A DNA stretch of 64,000 nucleotides from Treponema sp. (lineage in GTDB: Bacteria > Spirochaetota > Spirochaetia > Treponematales > Treponemataceae), in NCBI RefSeq assembly GCF_045657965.1, contig NZ_JAZOUG010000042.1, positions 8,210-72,209 on the forward strand, written 5' to 3'. The position numbers and the translations under genes were made by a program. Of this stretch, positions 29,101 to 39,600 are shown piece after piece. Position 1 is the first letter of the stretch. Every line of letters starts with the position of its first letter. The notes beneath the pieces were generated by a model that was given only the letters and a program-made list of their open reading frames with translations, was not told the DNA's origin and did no database searches.

Positions 29101-30473
29101 TATACAGATGATTCAAGTTTTGAAACAATACTTTCAAGTCCTTCCTTGTAGTCATTATCTTCATCAACTTTGTACATCCACATTGTAAAATCTTTTGGGG
29201 CAACAAGAGTATTGCTGTCAAATGCAGTTATAGTTGCTGACAATTCACTGCTTGTACTGGCCTTTGAAGTAACAAAATCATTATAAACAGGTTTCGTACT
29301 GCTTGCACCTGTGCCGCTTGTCAAAGCATTAACGCTCAGGAAGGTATAAGTCGGTCGTGCTGCAGGGTTAAGTGAGAATGCAAGATGATTTGAAAGCGTA
29401 TCCTTTCCGCACAAATCAAGAAATTCTTTTACGCTCAAGTTTGTATCGTCGGTATACGGGTTTGCAAAACCTAAAGACTGTGCTGTTGTATCAAGAATTG
29501 CATATCTGTCTGTGTACTTTCCGTTCATGTTTCCAATAACACGGGAAGGAGTAAGACCAAGGCTGGTTGTTCCACTTCCCATAAGAACATTATAAACATC
29601 ATCGTACAGATAAGCAGTTGAAGTTGTATTACCGGTTTCTTCACTTGCAGTAGTTTTACCTGCATCCTGCCAGAGATATGCTGTATCAGCAAGTGTTATT
29701 GATGTCTTAAACGATTTTGTTTCGTTTGTAGCTGCAGCAGCTGTCTGTGTATCATTAAGAGTTACAGTTCCATAAATATTTGTATAGTTAGAATAAAGTG
29801 TGTCAGTTCCATTTACAGTGAAGCGGGCAAAATCTATTGCACAACCGTCAGAAACGTCAATTCCTTCGTCAATTTTATAAGTTCCGTTTAAATTTTCACC
29901 ATCATACACTTCAAGAGTCATCTGCGAAACAGAGTGACTTTCACAAACAGTTCCCTGAACCCGAAGAGTTGTACCGTATGCGTAATTAGATGTCAAAGAA
30001 TTTGGTGCAGATACTATAAAAACAGGTGCAGTATTATCGATTTCAAGAGCAAGACTGTAAGGGCCTGTTGAACGGCCGGCATTATCATATACATAGACTT
30101 TTGCAGAATAAGAACCGTCAGGAAGAATATAGTTTCCTTCTGAATCAGCTTCATTTGCTTTATAAATCCATGAAGTTCCATCAGAAACATCAGCAGTATA
30201 GGGTCCATACTGAGAATTTGTAGAAGTATTTGTAAAAGCTACAGTTACTTTTGAAACCTGTTTATCATCATTACAGGTTCCGGCAATATAAAACCAGTCA
30301 CGGATAACTGAACCGTCCGGCGGATAAGAAATTGTTGCGCTTGGTGCTTCCGTATCAACTGAAGAACCTAAACCGGCATCTTCACCACAAGTGGTAAGAA
30401 AAACTGTCGCAAGACCAAGTGCGAACACCTTTGCCAATGAAATTAATTTTTTTTGAAGAACTTTTTTAATCAT
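20115..30473 (-). CDS. Giant lipoprotein 1 (about 3,452 aa): Ig/FN3-like repeat stalk plus C-terminal beta-propeller-like domain; putative surface adhesin
   Basis: Start MIKKV at 30473; lipobox FLTTC followed by GEDAGLGSSVDTEAP; recurring D(N/T)xxP inter-domain linkers and DxAGN motifs; S/T-rich; blade motifs such as PVIAYYD and LHIVYVD near the C-terminus. Confidence 0.85.
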   Translation of the reverse strand: MIKKVLQKKLISLAKVFALGLATVFLTTCGEDAGLGSSVDTEAPSATISYPPDGSVIRDWFYIAGTCNDDKQVSKVTVAFTNTSTNSQYGPYTADVSDGTSWIYKANEADSEGNYILPDGSYSAKVYVYDNAGRSTGPYSLALEIDNTAPVFIVSAPNSLTSNYAYGTTLRVQGTVCESHSVSQMTLEVYDGENLNGTYKIDEGIDVSDGCAIDFARFTVNGTDTLYSNYTNIYGTVTLNDTQTAAAATNETKSFKTSITLADTAYLWQDAGKTTASEETGNTTSTAYLYDDVYNVLMGSGTTSLGLTPSRVIGNMNGKYTDRYAILDTTAQSLGFANPYTDDTNLSVKEFLDLCGKDTLSNHLAFSLNPAARPTYTFLSVNALTSGTGASSTKPVYNDFVTSKASTSSELSATITAFDSNTLVAPKDFTMWMYKVDEDNDYKEGLESIVSKLESSVYGASAAAPSGWTQIGSDSSENSVTSFSLTSNALGSTVKSGSCYIVAVTGNDVAGSNIYHNNVYAFIGTTSGTPPSITIETPEKSQFFKTSADTNLKIKGSVTSENELVSLKATITVLDEDNDETVTDGTTNELTYEKTINGGTSDTFDFKLSDCNGWSSKFAATANSERTYKYSLTVDVTDEGGNTGSISRDFYVDTVSPSVEITSVLPGVEGSDFDGDSSSVNTYVNGTIIVKAGIDDTHLASVYYRILVNGTSAKIYKKGTSDELETDSDGWYTPGKGTSQKIYVDTTKYEDGKSFKVEVKAVDSAGNETIYTTDDYCKSQYFSDDTTNTIYTYTIKQETDAPIITVTNADSTVSTESAVTDENLFDLTTKKALTATIKDDDSISSLVLNIDGEDKLTETITGTKTSYPLNYDLSLLNEGVYPVYIIAQDSTYTETTDSSIQALRKTTSDTFYISIDESVPVLTETSIGTSTQYKNDSFILSGTASDTNGFYGESSNTAVGAVTISYTGTLADSNSTAVSGEFSAVNLTSITTSNGTKTGSWSKEIICGTGTDELKDGSYTFVITVKDAANRETGLTRTVVIDTTEPVISTPAVVTASTTDSAGNIWYKSSELKISGTSSDTYGTGIKQVYYQTSSDGSNWSNSNDFAGTETWSGNVSNLVSATTTIKITAVDNAGNTNTVSCGPYYIDAKEPELTDNSVKAGTSSSDAETTSSYLANGKSDIYVSFEVTDEDGGSGISRIYVLPYEKITDSTATDSNKADYSNGTASFTIAKEKVTQSGAVYARIYDYAGNYTDVNLFTVTVDTTAPTITLNTPTDALKSTDAVDINKTINLSGNAEDGNTLPSDTITALQYSKDQSAWTDAAVSISGNYSFNMTGLDTTALTDETTYYLRAVGTDAAGNTGYSNIVTVFVNQKSDRPILNFTTLTTNANDEYILKLNDAGTVDVTVSDDDSTSSAVVKSVSIQELDASGNAVGSVITPAISASGDFTFASSSTDDGAKYFKFTVVDNEDTEFTSASSTSDYTTIPVLSVKTVAISDSAVASSSFTYKSDNESPVVDNITAVTYKSSGDESVTSEGISAAFVTGGTERENIALTIHASDANGVAGMLVTIAKTDGTTLKYKTTSETTIAGKTIADGYTSAGTFTATSTTGDSTWVLPSLSVAGLDSGSVKITVIPYDNSGLTGNGTFTFTVDNDGPAVNITSPKSYAADSSTQNNGSVTLTGTTTDSNDVTSVSWFIPTLTQQTGWPSLNKESLEWNDESDTVNFTFTGNTLLDNYANSTYTETSGTYSDPSSTYYVIPVYFRAVDEFGNIAYSTDYKILYNPDVDKITTTITNPSNEDALGGTVRMIGSTSISSYASVSLNSVYIQLGSSASFSDTDKTKAGTGTGNYGYTVVSAYDVINEIAGTSYTSSTMTDAIAKRYGFTGKTSLDSWWGIKTTTNAWKLNLNENKELDPTGDGVNTVYLRASAVNSNGKFGDWTDSIYVTINNKAPALTEQLYQFKTSPTASNLSTITASSNVTGEKSYSSDMYVKGQWYLEVTAAEAEGASGSYVKVESVTKDNANLTKGTDYFTTATSGDDTSVKIYIPVDKDSADTVVYKVTAMSKDGLFSSAKTYSINVDNTAPTIKPLYSDKDRTNEISMTKVENSNYKYSVYSTAIDEGSKPDFMAVYFMRDGQLELPLPTINSYTANDSSKVEAGTAYTATTGTSGTLKQITSTEAGEVLYGVSGTVSCAASGENTVITSSSLITTANSFIRRGSLVKLSGSYYAITEVNTTEHTATVNATFATLPTSAFFAAAIAVDSDREGGTTSSGVTTITNDDGDGFAETFDLSGTTLSWALDFFSDELDDGQIDIVVVAADKAGNYSTETTTVMLTNHKPRVSKVFLATDLNGDGKYTDNELGGQAITSSEGGTLSQKYYSALSGSVINSSGELEGSAQEISTLSYKSTEKDSDGNYYGVGFTMRNKLGVALEFVGGKEGNGDLKYQLAVASSTDGILTEPTAGTKGSVTARTSSLYDTTSDTTTTASIVSSSLKGFEIATGDISGHTEWVEATESTHKLSNIGITIWDSTNGTTAGTGDSVDAEGNTVFGSQYTVINVPLYIDLTDDKFPVPSIQDPAAVENAGHVELSSTLPSVFTDGNATKYLDRDTKISGEVTFTGTVTDEKRVSEIYLTTSKNFDSTAVSTKKVAAYSTTTGGFTITQPATGLTFAITGNEFSTTDGHTVTWSLTVDSSYVAGIAATDVVFTVAANDGTNTNGAATTVPYATYQVDVVPYITGITRTDTTKSRYKSTSGTNITNRSTYGSYPVAIGDQLTVTGYNFPLSTDTTNYVSVGGTTLTATEASTDSDKLLGTKNALVLSNNKTMTFYVPSNSGELTVTVNGILSLNHKNDNSQTDNHETSGSYTYYDNRYLDVYDVGHSFVSTDSLSHMPTMAADASGNLFSTWSLKGSASIQLEKGLTVASKSIFLNYDQPQDPSFIAIDKKATSETGTAANYYGYQGANSVAVMLFPAHVGNAGRINSTGYAAYNNCGGAFGIALSNEAAMESSTDTTASILYNRYYLADKKYTSGYQLSSYAMTREVEHFDVPRSARFGNNMHFAYYDIKNQALRYTYQPVENISALPTANANQFDITGWVLIDGTSDGLDRVHSRGTYDYANNDEKVGYSITYNEKPGNTAAYLGTNSARLSTTDFPNTDKIKSGSTVTFAIMYTNTQGLYVTELHTATCTWYTSGYYLTWTDSKFDNSKVSTSATNAGPHVAMYFGEANVVSTGSTQSSMAGSAISMDVTSTGCPVIAYYDSANECVRIAYANSDSPSLASAWRRQDVAAGGSDVAMKIDSNDVLHIVYVDDEGNLKYIKSTAGVKTPGVTADAYSFETDETIDTTGTYPTLSLIGTDNTPCVSYLNKAKTYNGIKYAVKRIVDSTESSAVWDTEIIPAVVEDSTNHYAVGGNLTYVEGNYQGKWSSSVSEDGVTVSDCDAAIGFQTDRMDVVFLKSEK
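30352..30376. repeat. 25-bp exact direct repeat shared by the 5' ends of giants 1 and 3 (other copy 49777-49801)
   Basis: GTATCAACTGAAGAACCTAAACCGG at both sites; a 16-bp identity also occurs at 30317-30332 and 49742-49757. Confidence 0.85.
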
Positions 30474-30561
30474 TTTGCACCCCTGCTTTTTAAGCAAATG
30501 ACAAAAATTACAATTTTATTTGGGGAACATTCTATTGCATTTTTGTAAATGTGATAAGTAT

Positions 30562-30592
30562 TGAATAAGAAAAATAAATTTTTTCTTATTCA
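30562..30592. promoter_or_regulatory. 13-bp perfect inverted repeat upstream of giant 1 (candidate operator)
   Basis: TGAATAAGAAAAA-taaat-TTTTTCTTATTCA, about 90-120 bp upstream of the start codon. Confidence 0.5.
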
Positions 30593-30650
30593 TGGGTGCA
30601 GGATTCTCAGCAAAATTTTAGATTTTGGAGATTTAGTGAAGGAAAATTAT

Positions 30651-30682
30651 AAAAGAAGCACCTGACTACGAAAATCAGGTGC
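30651..30682 (-). terminator. Terminator of giant lipoprotein 2
   Basis: GCACCTGA/TCAGGTGC stem with an adjacent A-rich run, 15 bp after the stop codon. Confidence 0.75.
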
Positions 30683-30697
30683 CATTAAGATTAAAAG

Positions 30698-33600
30698 CTA
30701 TTGTTCTCCGCGGAGGAAGGCGGTTGCAAATGAAGCCGACTGATAGCCGATTCCAAGTTTACAACTTACACTTCCTGAATCAAGCGCGCTCAGTACAAGA
30801 GATGATTTTTCGTCGTTTGCCGCATAAGTTGCAGGTGAAGTCATGTGCTCCCAGATACCGCTTGTCGCACTCGTTGATGATGAAACAAAGGCAGTCTTTA
30901 CGGCTTTTTTGTTCTCGATGTTAGTTGCGTCAAGATAGCTGATTACAGGAGCGCATTTAAGTCCATATACAGAGCCTGAACCAGAGCTGGATTCAAGTTT
31001 GATGTCTGTCCATTTTCCGACTGAGTTTGCGCTGTCAACCTTGCAGCAGGCAGCAACAGTATAGCCAGAGTCTGCTGCTGAAGAGTAAGTAAGGTAAATA
31101 TAGTACAAATCTCCGTCTTCTGCGTCCTGGGTTGCAATGTGAAGGTTTCCAGTCGCATCAATTGCCATGCTTACATAGTTTCCAAGCTGAACGCCGCTCG
31201 GAATCAGGCTTGAGTTTGAAGCAGTAACATCTGTGTAATACCAGCCGCGGGTAACGCCTGTCGGAGTAGTGCCCTCGCTTGTGACTACGGCTCCCGTTGT
31301 ACTCGGTGCAGTTGATTTTCCGCGGGCAATTCTCAGTGAAACATCACCGTTTGAGACATTTGTAACACAGTAAGCAATTACCGGAATCGGGCTTGCTGCA
31401 CTTCCGCCGTTTACAGTATCCAGAACGATATCAGAATATTTTCCGACATTTGCGGCATAGTCACTGTAGCCTGTAACAGTTGTGTCATATCCGTCTACGA
31501 CAGCATAACCGTCCGTAACATGATTTACGGCTGTGCGAACTACAGCTGTCGGTGTTGTTCCGCTCCAAGTGATTTTTCCGTATTTCAGGCACTTTGCGTA
31601 GTTATCAAAATAACAGGCGTAGGTGTAGTATGTGTTTCCGCTGTATGTGCCTGCAATTTTCGGATTCTTGAACTGGAACATCATCTCATCAGCGCCATCG
31701 GAAGAATCGGGACTTGCAGATGTGGCATTTCCTTGAATTTCAAGTGTTCCTGCTGTAAGGGCTGCAGTTGCTCCACTTGCAGTTCCGGTGCTGAATGACT
31801 TTCCATCGCGGGTGATAAATAATCCGTTTGAAGACCAATCTGAACCGCTTCCCTGCCAGTTATCCAGAATCACATGGAATGGTATTCCGTTGATGATGCA
31901 CATGTCGGCATCGTCCGGAGAATCCTTCCATGAAGTTGTTCCAAGAGGATTTCCACGGCTTCCTCCAAGTTTTTCGGTATAGAACATTGCCGCATCACTG
32001 CTCCATGAGCCGTAAACTGTTCCAGCAGCTGTGGTTGATGAAGAAGTTGCCGTCGTGTAGTAAGTTCCACTGCTCGGGAAGACTTCCATTGTAGGGCTGA
32101 TTGCCTGAGCAGAATCTGCAAACAGGTAGTCTGTTCGCCATACCCACACATATCTGTCGTCAAAGTAATGGTCAAGCGAGCTGTCGCTTTCGGTGTCATA
32201 AGTGTTTGTACTAGAAGACTCGTAACTGTATGCAGTGTCGGCGTTCATGTTGTTGAGCGAGTAGATTCCGTTTGTTTTAGCGATAATGTAGCCTGAATAA
32301 GTTGGAGCTGAAATATAGTAGCTTTCATTTGCTGTAATTGCAGTTCCTGTAATTGTATCAGTCAATGTTGAAACAGCTGACTTGTTTGCCTCAAGCTGGC
32401 GGTAGAACGAAGTTGAAAGGTTAAAGCCGTTTATTACAATATAGTCGCTGTTCTGAACAGGTACGGCACCGCGGCGTGAACGGATTGAGTTCGTTCGTTT
32501 GGTGACAGTTGTTCCTGAAACAGCAGTTGCTGCAGTCATTGAGCTGATGTATGGCACTACGTCCATCTGATACAAAGGTACATTGTCACTTCCGTCAGTT
32601 TCTGAAAGTGTGCTTGTTATGCCTGAAACATTTACAACGTTGTAACTTCGGTCAAGGGCAATTACCCGCGCTTTTACATCAGTAGCGGCAACACTTGAAA
32701 TTTTCTCGGTGTCGATGCTCAGCTTCCAGATTACTTTGTGTCCGCTCTGATCAAGATAAGAGCCGTCATCACTTGAATCACTTACGCTGAATTCCCATCC
32801 GTTTGAAGCCATTGTACTTGAACCGTAAGTCCAGCTTCCTGTCGAAGGCGTGTAGTATGCTGCCTGATAGTAAGTCTTACTGTCGCCGTTTGTGCCAGAG
32901 TTTACATAAGTTCCGGAAGAAGCTGCGACAGAATTTGCCGTTACGCCTGAATCCCCGGCTGCACTGTAATAGCCTGAAGGAGTAAATGTATCAAATGCAA
33001 TCCAGAGACTTGAAAGGCGCTGGTCATCATAAGCATATCCTGTCATTGTAATTTTTCCGGAAACTTTCGGATCTGAGTCAAACTGGCCGCTTGAAGCTGA
33101 ACTTGAATATCCTGCCGTTTCAGGAGAAGCCCAGTCACCTTCAAGTTCAATGTGTCCGTTTGCAGAAGAGTTTCCGTAAAGCGAGTTGTCTGTTTTTGAG
33201 GTCCAGTGGAACGGATTAATTACGCTCTTTGGAGCAGTTCCGTCAGTGCGGGCAACTGTAAAATCAGTTATGCGCACAAAGCAGTAATTTGAGTCAGTTC
33301 CGCAGGTTGTTCCGTCTGTTGAATCCCAGAAAGTAAATGACATTGACTTTCCGCTTCCGTCAGAAAGTGAAGCTAAATCATCATCAGGAATTACAAACTT
33401 GTGCAGAGAATCTTCTTCTGAAGTTGTGGTATTTGTAAGAAGTGATGAAGCAAAATCCGCCGTAATGAGTGATTCTGTATCAACTGCATAGAATCCGCTT
33501 GCATTTGCAGATTTTACATAACCTGTTGAGCCTGAAGCATCTTTGAGGAATGCCATTTTGATTGTGCCGTTTCCGCCTGTAATTTCTGGAATTACTGCAA

Positions 33601-36600
33601 GACCCGAACGAATCTGGAATGCTTTTTTGTAATTTGAGTAAGTTGTACCGGCTGTTTCAAAATCAACGCTGTCTTTATAATTTGCTGTCGGGTTTGAAGC
33701 GTCGGTGCTTGTGTATGTGTTAAATGTATATGTATTAAACTCGCTTGAAGCATATTTTTCGTCGCCGCTCAAATCTGTTCCGAGATAAAGTTTTGCAAGA
33801 CGCGGAGCATTGTTCTGAATTGATGTTGAAACACTCTTACCGGAAACATTTCCTGCAGCATCAAATGCAATTACAACAACTGTAACAGGACCGTCTGCCA
33901 TGTAGTCAGACAGGAAAATTCCCTGCCATTCCCATGTTGTTCCGGTCTTTTTAAAGATTTCAACCATGCTGTCGCCGTCGCTTTCTGAAATTGAAGCATA
34001 AGTATGAGTAGAATCGTTCCAGTTTCCGGCATCGGTTGAATCAACGACCTGTCCGTAAGGGAATCCTGCTTCTTCGACAGTAATTGCAGAAGAAACTGCC
34101 GTGTCAAATGTGACGGTATTTCCGCTTACAGAGGTAATAAGCTGATACTCTCCTCCAATGTAAATCAAACCGCCTGCACGGATATGTTCGTCATCAATTA
34201 AACCGCTCGATGCCGTAAAGCTTGTTCTTGCTGTATCAAGACTTCCTGAATATGTTTTTCCGTACATTGTGTAAGTGTTTGTTGAATCCTGAGTAATTGT
34301 GTATGAATCAAGACCGGAAATTACACTTTCAGAATCTTTAACCATTGCATCAAGAAGCCGCGGACTTGAACCGTCAGTTACATTGTCGCGCATAAAGTAG
34401 AAGAAGAGCCGTTCACAGCCTGAGCCGCTTTCTGTCAAAGTACCGTCAAGAGTTGTCTTATAGTTAGAGTTCTGAATTACAGGAACCGAACTTGAATCCA
34501 GAAGGCTGTAAGTATCATTTACTGTAAATGTTGAAATAACTGGTGCCGTATTATCAATGTAGAATGTATATGTCATTGAACTTGAATATCCGGCAGTATC
34601 TGCAACGTAAACAGTGTAGCTTACAGAAGAAGATGTCATTTCTTCGGTTTCAATCGGAATGTAGAGAGTTTTTGTAACAGATTTAACTGTAGTTCCGTCA
34701 CTTGCGTAAACTGTTGTTTTTTCTCCGGCTGAGTAACTCTGGCTTGCAGAACCTTTCTTGACAGAAATTGTGTCTTCGTTAAGAGAATCGTTGTCTTCAA
34801 GAGTTACAGTAAGATACCATGTGCCTTTAAGGTACATTTCTGAAGTATAATCTCTGCTTACGCTTACATTTGATTCAAGGGCATTTTCTGAGAATGAAGA
34901 ATACTGTCTCATTACAGCACTCTGGCTAGGTGCATTTGAATCAACGTGAATGAAGTAAATGTCAGACCAGTTACCCATTTTGCCGTCAGCATTGATTGCA
35001 CAAGCACGGACAGCAATATTTGTTGTGCTTCCGCTTTCAGGATCAAGGTCGGAATTTGTATTCAAAGAAAGATTCCATGTAGCGGTTTTTGTAGTTGCCG
35101 CAATTCCCCACCAGCCGTCAGGAACTTTTGAAGTTGAAGCATATGTTGAAGAAAGCCCGCTTTCTGTAATAACTCCGCCGAGTGTTGTAAATTCAGCTGA
35201 AAGTGCAGAATTTGTACTTGACCAGGTGACAGTTCCGTCAGAAGCAACTGTTCCAATCTGAACATAAACCTGACCTACATCAACTGTGCCCGAAGGAACT
35301 TCAACTGTACCGCTGATTCGGATTGTGCCGGCAAGTGTTACATAATCCAGAGAAGCGCCGCTTGAAGAAACATCGTAATCGCTTGAAGTCGGATAACTGA
35401 ATTCTGTTACAGGGCGGTCTGCATCCGGGTTGTGAGTAATATAGTAGTCGCGCTTAATGTAGTAGTTTCCGAGTTTATCCGTTGTCTTAAAGTAAATCGG
35501 AATTTTGTAAGTTTCGCTTGCTGAACTGTAAGTAACCGCAAAATTTTCTGTATCGTCGAACTGAGTTAAATCAAGTGTTGAGCTTGCCTGGAATTTAAAT
35601 TTCCAGACAGAAGCTGAGCCAGAGTTATTTGAACTTGTCCAGCCGTCGAGAGCAAGAAGAGCTTCGTCGGTTACAGAAGATTCTCCGTAATTTGTGCCGT
35701 TTTTAACAGGTGGAACAAGCCATTCGATTGTATCGATTCCAATTCCAGAATCGCTTGCAGTTCCGGTAATTGTTGCAGTTCCGGTAATTTCATCGCTTGA
35801 AGAAGGGCTTGTAATTGTAATTGTATCAGGACCTGTATTGTCGAGATAGAAGTTTCCAGAGCTTGATGTAGAATTTCCGGCACCGTCAGTTACTGTTACT
35901 GACAGGGCTTTTGTGCCTGAGCTGAAGCCACTGACATCAATTGAAGCCGTTTCGTAATAACTGTAAGTAACACCTGAAACGGTCAGTGTTTCTGAAGAAG
36001 CAGTCATTGAAACTGTGCTTTCTGTTTCTGCAGAAGATGTGTCAGTGATTGAAACAGTTACGCCTGAAATATTTGAATCATAAACAGGAGCGTAAATCTT
36101 TATGTATTTAGAATCACCGCCTGCATAACGGCTTGCACTTACGGCATAAGAAGCTGTGTCTTCTTTTACAGCAGAAACTCCGGCAAGATTTGATTCACTT
36201 TCGGCAATTGCAAGACCAAGTGTAGAAATCTGAGGCTTCTCGCGGTCAAGATTTAATGTAATGGCCTGAGTATTGTCAAATCCGTATTCAGCATATCCTG
36301 AATCAGATGATGTTGACTTTGAGTAGAGGTAGTACGGACGGGTAAATTCTTTATCTGTAACGCCGCCTGTAACAAAGGTTGTGCCGGCTGTATCAATAAC
36401 CTTAAAGTAAAGAGGTATTCCTTCGCCGTCACTTGATTTTATTGTGTAAGACCAGCTGCCGTTTTCTACGCTGACTTCAGTAAATCCGCTTGAAGCACTG
36501 GTTTCAGAAATGTAGAAATTTGCAATTCCGTCATCGTCAGAAACAGTTCCTGTAATTTCATCGCTTGTAATCCATGAAGATGAATCTGAAACGCTGGTAA

Positions 36601-39600
36601 GTTTAATAATCGGCCGGTCTTTATTCTGGTCAACCGTGTAAGTAAATGTACTTGATGAGCTGTTTCCTGCCGTGTCCGTTACAAATGAAACAATGTAGAA
36701 AGAAGCTGTCGGACTTGCTTCTGTAACGCCTGAAAGAGTGTAAACATCAATATCGTCAAAAGTCCAGCTGTAAATCTTTGAAGAATCAGTGAATGCACCG
36801 ATTTTTGTCATAGAAGAAACATCCGGCGTTGAAGAAGGAGCTGTTAACGAATAATAAAGAGCAAGAGAATCAGGAGTTGCACCGGTGTAAGTTGTCTGGC
36901 CGCTTATTGAAACTGTTCCGTTAATTGTTGAAAGCTGAGAAGGAGTCGTAACTGAAACAGAAGGAGCAGATGTATCTTTCTGAAGCTGGAAGATTGTGCT
37001 TGAGCTTGAGTTTCCTGCAGTATCTTTTACAGTTGCATTTACGTTCATGCTGCCGTCAGAAAGAGCCGAAAGCAGAGCAGAAGAAATTTCTGCACTCCAT
37101 GTGCTTGTTTTATTTGTAGAAGAGCTGTCAATAATTTCTGTAACAGAAGCTTCAACCGAACTTGTTCCGATTTTAAGCGTAACAGATGCAATTCCAGAAA
37201 CATTGTCTGAAGAAGAACCTGTTACAGAAATTGAAGATTCTCCGTTTGTGTACTGAGTTCCGCTCTTGTCTGAACTTAAGCTCGGGCTTTCAGTATCAAT
37301 ATTAATTTCGATAACCTGGGCAGAACCTGCATTTCCTACATTGTCTACGGCAACAAGATAAAGATAATTTGGTGTAACTGTAGAACCGGAAATTGTTGAA
37401 GCAGTAAATGAACCTAAAACCTGATTTGTAAAATAAGAAATTCCATTTTCGCTGTCGTTTGTAACAGAGAATGAACCGTCAGCTTCAGTAAAATCTGATG
37501 TGTCAGGAACAGAAGAATCAGGATTCTGAACCCAATAGTAAACACTTGAAACACCACAGCCTTCTTCAACAAAACAGCCACTTACCGGAAGAGAACTGTC
37601 TTTATACCAGCTTTCACTGTCGTAAGATGCTTTATTAAGCTTAAACGGATGAGAGGTGTTTGATTCTGTCCATGCAGGTTTAGTTGTATCAAATTCAACT
37701 TCGTAAGTTTCTGAAACATCATTTCCTGCTTTATCACAGGCTTTTACAGTAAGAACAACATCGCTTGCAGAAGACTGTGTGCCGAATTCTGACAAATCAA
37801 CGCCGGTAAATGACCAGCTGATTGAAGAAGATGTACCTGTAACTGTTTTTGCTTTTCCGCTCGAATCTACGCCGGTAAATGTATAAGTTGTGCTTCCGAC
37901 AATGTAGTTGTCTGTTGTTGTTCCGGAAAGTGTAAATACTGCATTGTTGTTAATGTAAATAATGTCGCTTAATGTGTAACCTGTAGAGATTGCAACATTT
38001 GAGATTGCCGGATTTGTTGTATCAAGATAGAAAGAACGGAGTTTTGAAGAAGTTCCGCCGCCGTTCGTTGCAGAGACAGTAACATCAACAGTATAAAGAC
38101 CGCTTCCACTTGAAATCAAAGACTGCATTTCAGAATTTGCTGCAAATGTGAAGTTCCAGTTGTAAGTGTATTCAGATGAAGAAGAATCTAATTCAAGGCT
38201 AAGAGAACCTGTCGCTGTTTTTGATGATGAAGATTCCGTATCAGCAAGAACAACAGTATAACCGCTTGAAGTAAGTTCTTCTGAAGAGTAAACAGTTCCA
38301 CTGAAGCCGAATGTACCGCCTGTAATAACAGATTTTGTAATTGCACTTGAACTTGAAAGATTTACATTTCCGGCCGTATCACCAAATGTAATTGTCGGAA
38401 CAGTAGAATTTGATTTTGCCATAAAGCCGTAGCCGGCAGAATCCCCTTCAACTATTGCCTGTGAATCAATATCATAACCTTCGATGCTGAATTTGTATTC
38501 TTTACCTGTAGAAATTTCAGCGTTAGAAGAAGAAAGGCTTGATGTAACAGAAAGAGCATCAGTATTTTCATCGCTTGTTGTTACTGTATATCTGTATGCA
38601 GAAGGATTTGCAGTTACATTTGCAAGGGCAGTTGTTTTGTCGCAGTTATCTTTTGCCATTGCGTACTTAACAGCAGTCTCTTCGTCCCATGTCCAGAAAA
38701 GCTGTTTTTCAGAAGAAGCATCTGTAACATTTGTGTAATAGACAGAAATTGTACTTGTATCAAGATTTGTATTATCAAGACCAGGAGCAATCGAAACATT
38801 AATAGTAGAATCAGAATAATACAGGAAATATCCGTTTGATGAATAAGAATCTGAAGCGCCGCCTTCTGTGATTGTAAGACCGCTGACAGTATAAGTAGGA
38901 TTATTTTCCGGATTAATTGTGAAATTCAGATATACATCCTGAGAATCGCCTGAAGATGAAGTTGTAGAAGTATTTTCGATACTTTCTGAAATTGGATTGT
39001 CATCTGAAACGCTCTGATATGTCCCGTCAGAAGAAAGTACTGTAGAAACTGTACTTTTACTTACAGATTCATCAAGAATTTCCTGAAGCTCCGTGTTTCC
39101 AGAATATGTGCTGTCTGTACCGTTAAGATATGTACGGAGTGTAGAAACTGTGAAATTTTCAAAACTTGATTTTTTGCCGTTAATAAGCTGAAGCATGTCT
39201 GTAGTACCGCGGTAATATGTTGTCGTAGAATTACCGTTTCCTTCGCCGGAGTCGCTTGAATCCTTATAAACTTTAGCTTCATCGTTTGCAGTTACAGTAA
39301 AATAAAATTCTTTTGTAGTAACAGACTGACCGTTTCTGAAAAGTGCAATATTATCTTCACCAATGAGTGCTTTATAGTTCTGCCATTTTTCGTAATTTTC
39401 TGAAGAGACATCCGGTTCGTTATTTTCATCATAATACTGAGCAATTACAAGAGAATTTGCGTTTGACATATCAGTAATACCTGAAAATTCACTGTCAAAA
39501 AGTTTATTACCTTCTGCATCATAAAAACTTACGGTAAGTCCTGAAATTCCTGATGAACAGCTTTCAGAAAAAGTTCCTTCAAGAAGAACTGTCTGCCCAT

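Noticed and set aside
30447-30454. A8 tracts in the signal-peptide codons of giants 1 (30447-30454) and 3 (49862-49869) as phase-variation sites
   Set aside because: Runs of this length occur in ordinary genes here (e.g. DUF2156) and arise from Lys-Lys codons in AT-rich DNA. Both genes are in frame. Read-level length variation would be needed.
30550-30565. CRP-like site TGTGA-N6 upstream of giant 1
   Set aside because: The second half-site (TTGAA) is a poor match to TCACA.
35755-35790. 18-nt tandem unit as a CRISPR or VNTR
   Set aside because: Only two units, inside a coding sequence (ITGTAT repeat), with no spacers and no cas genes.
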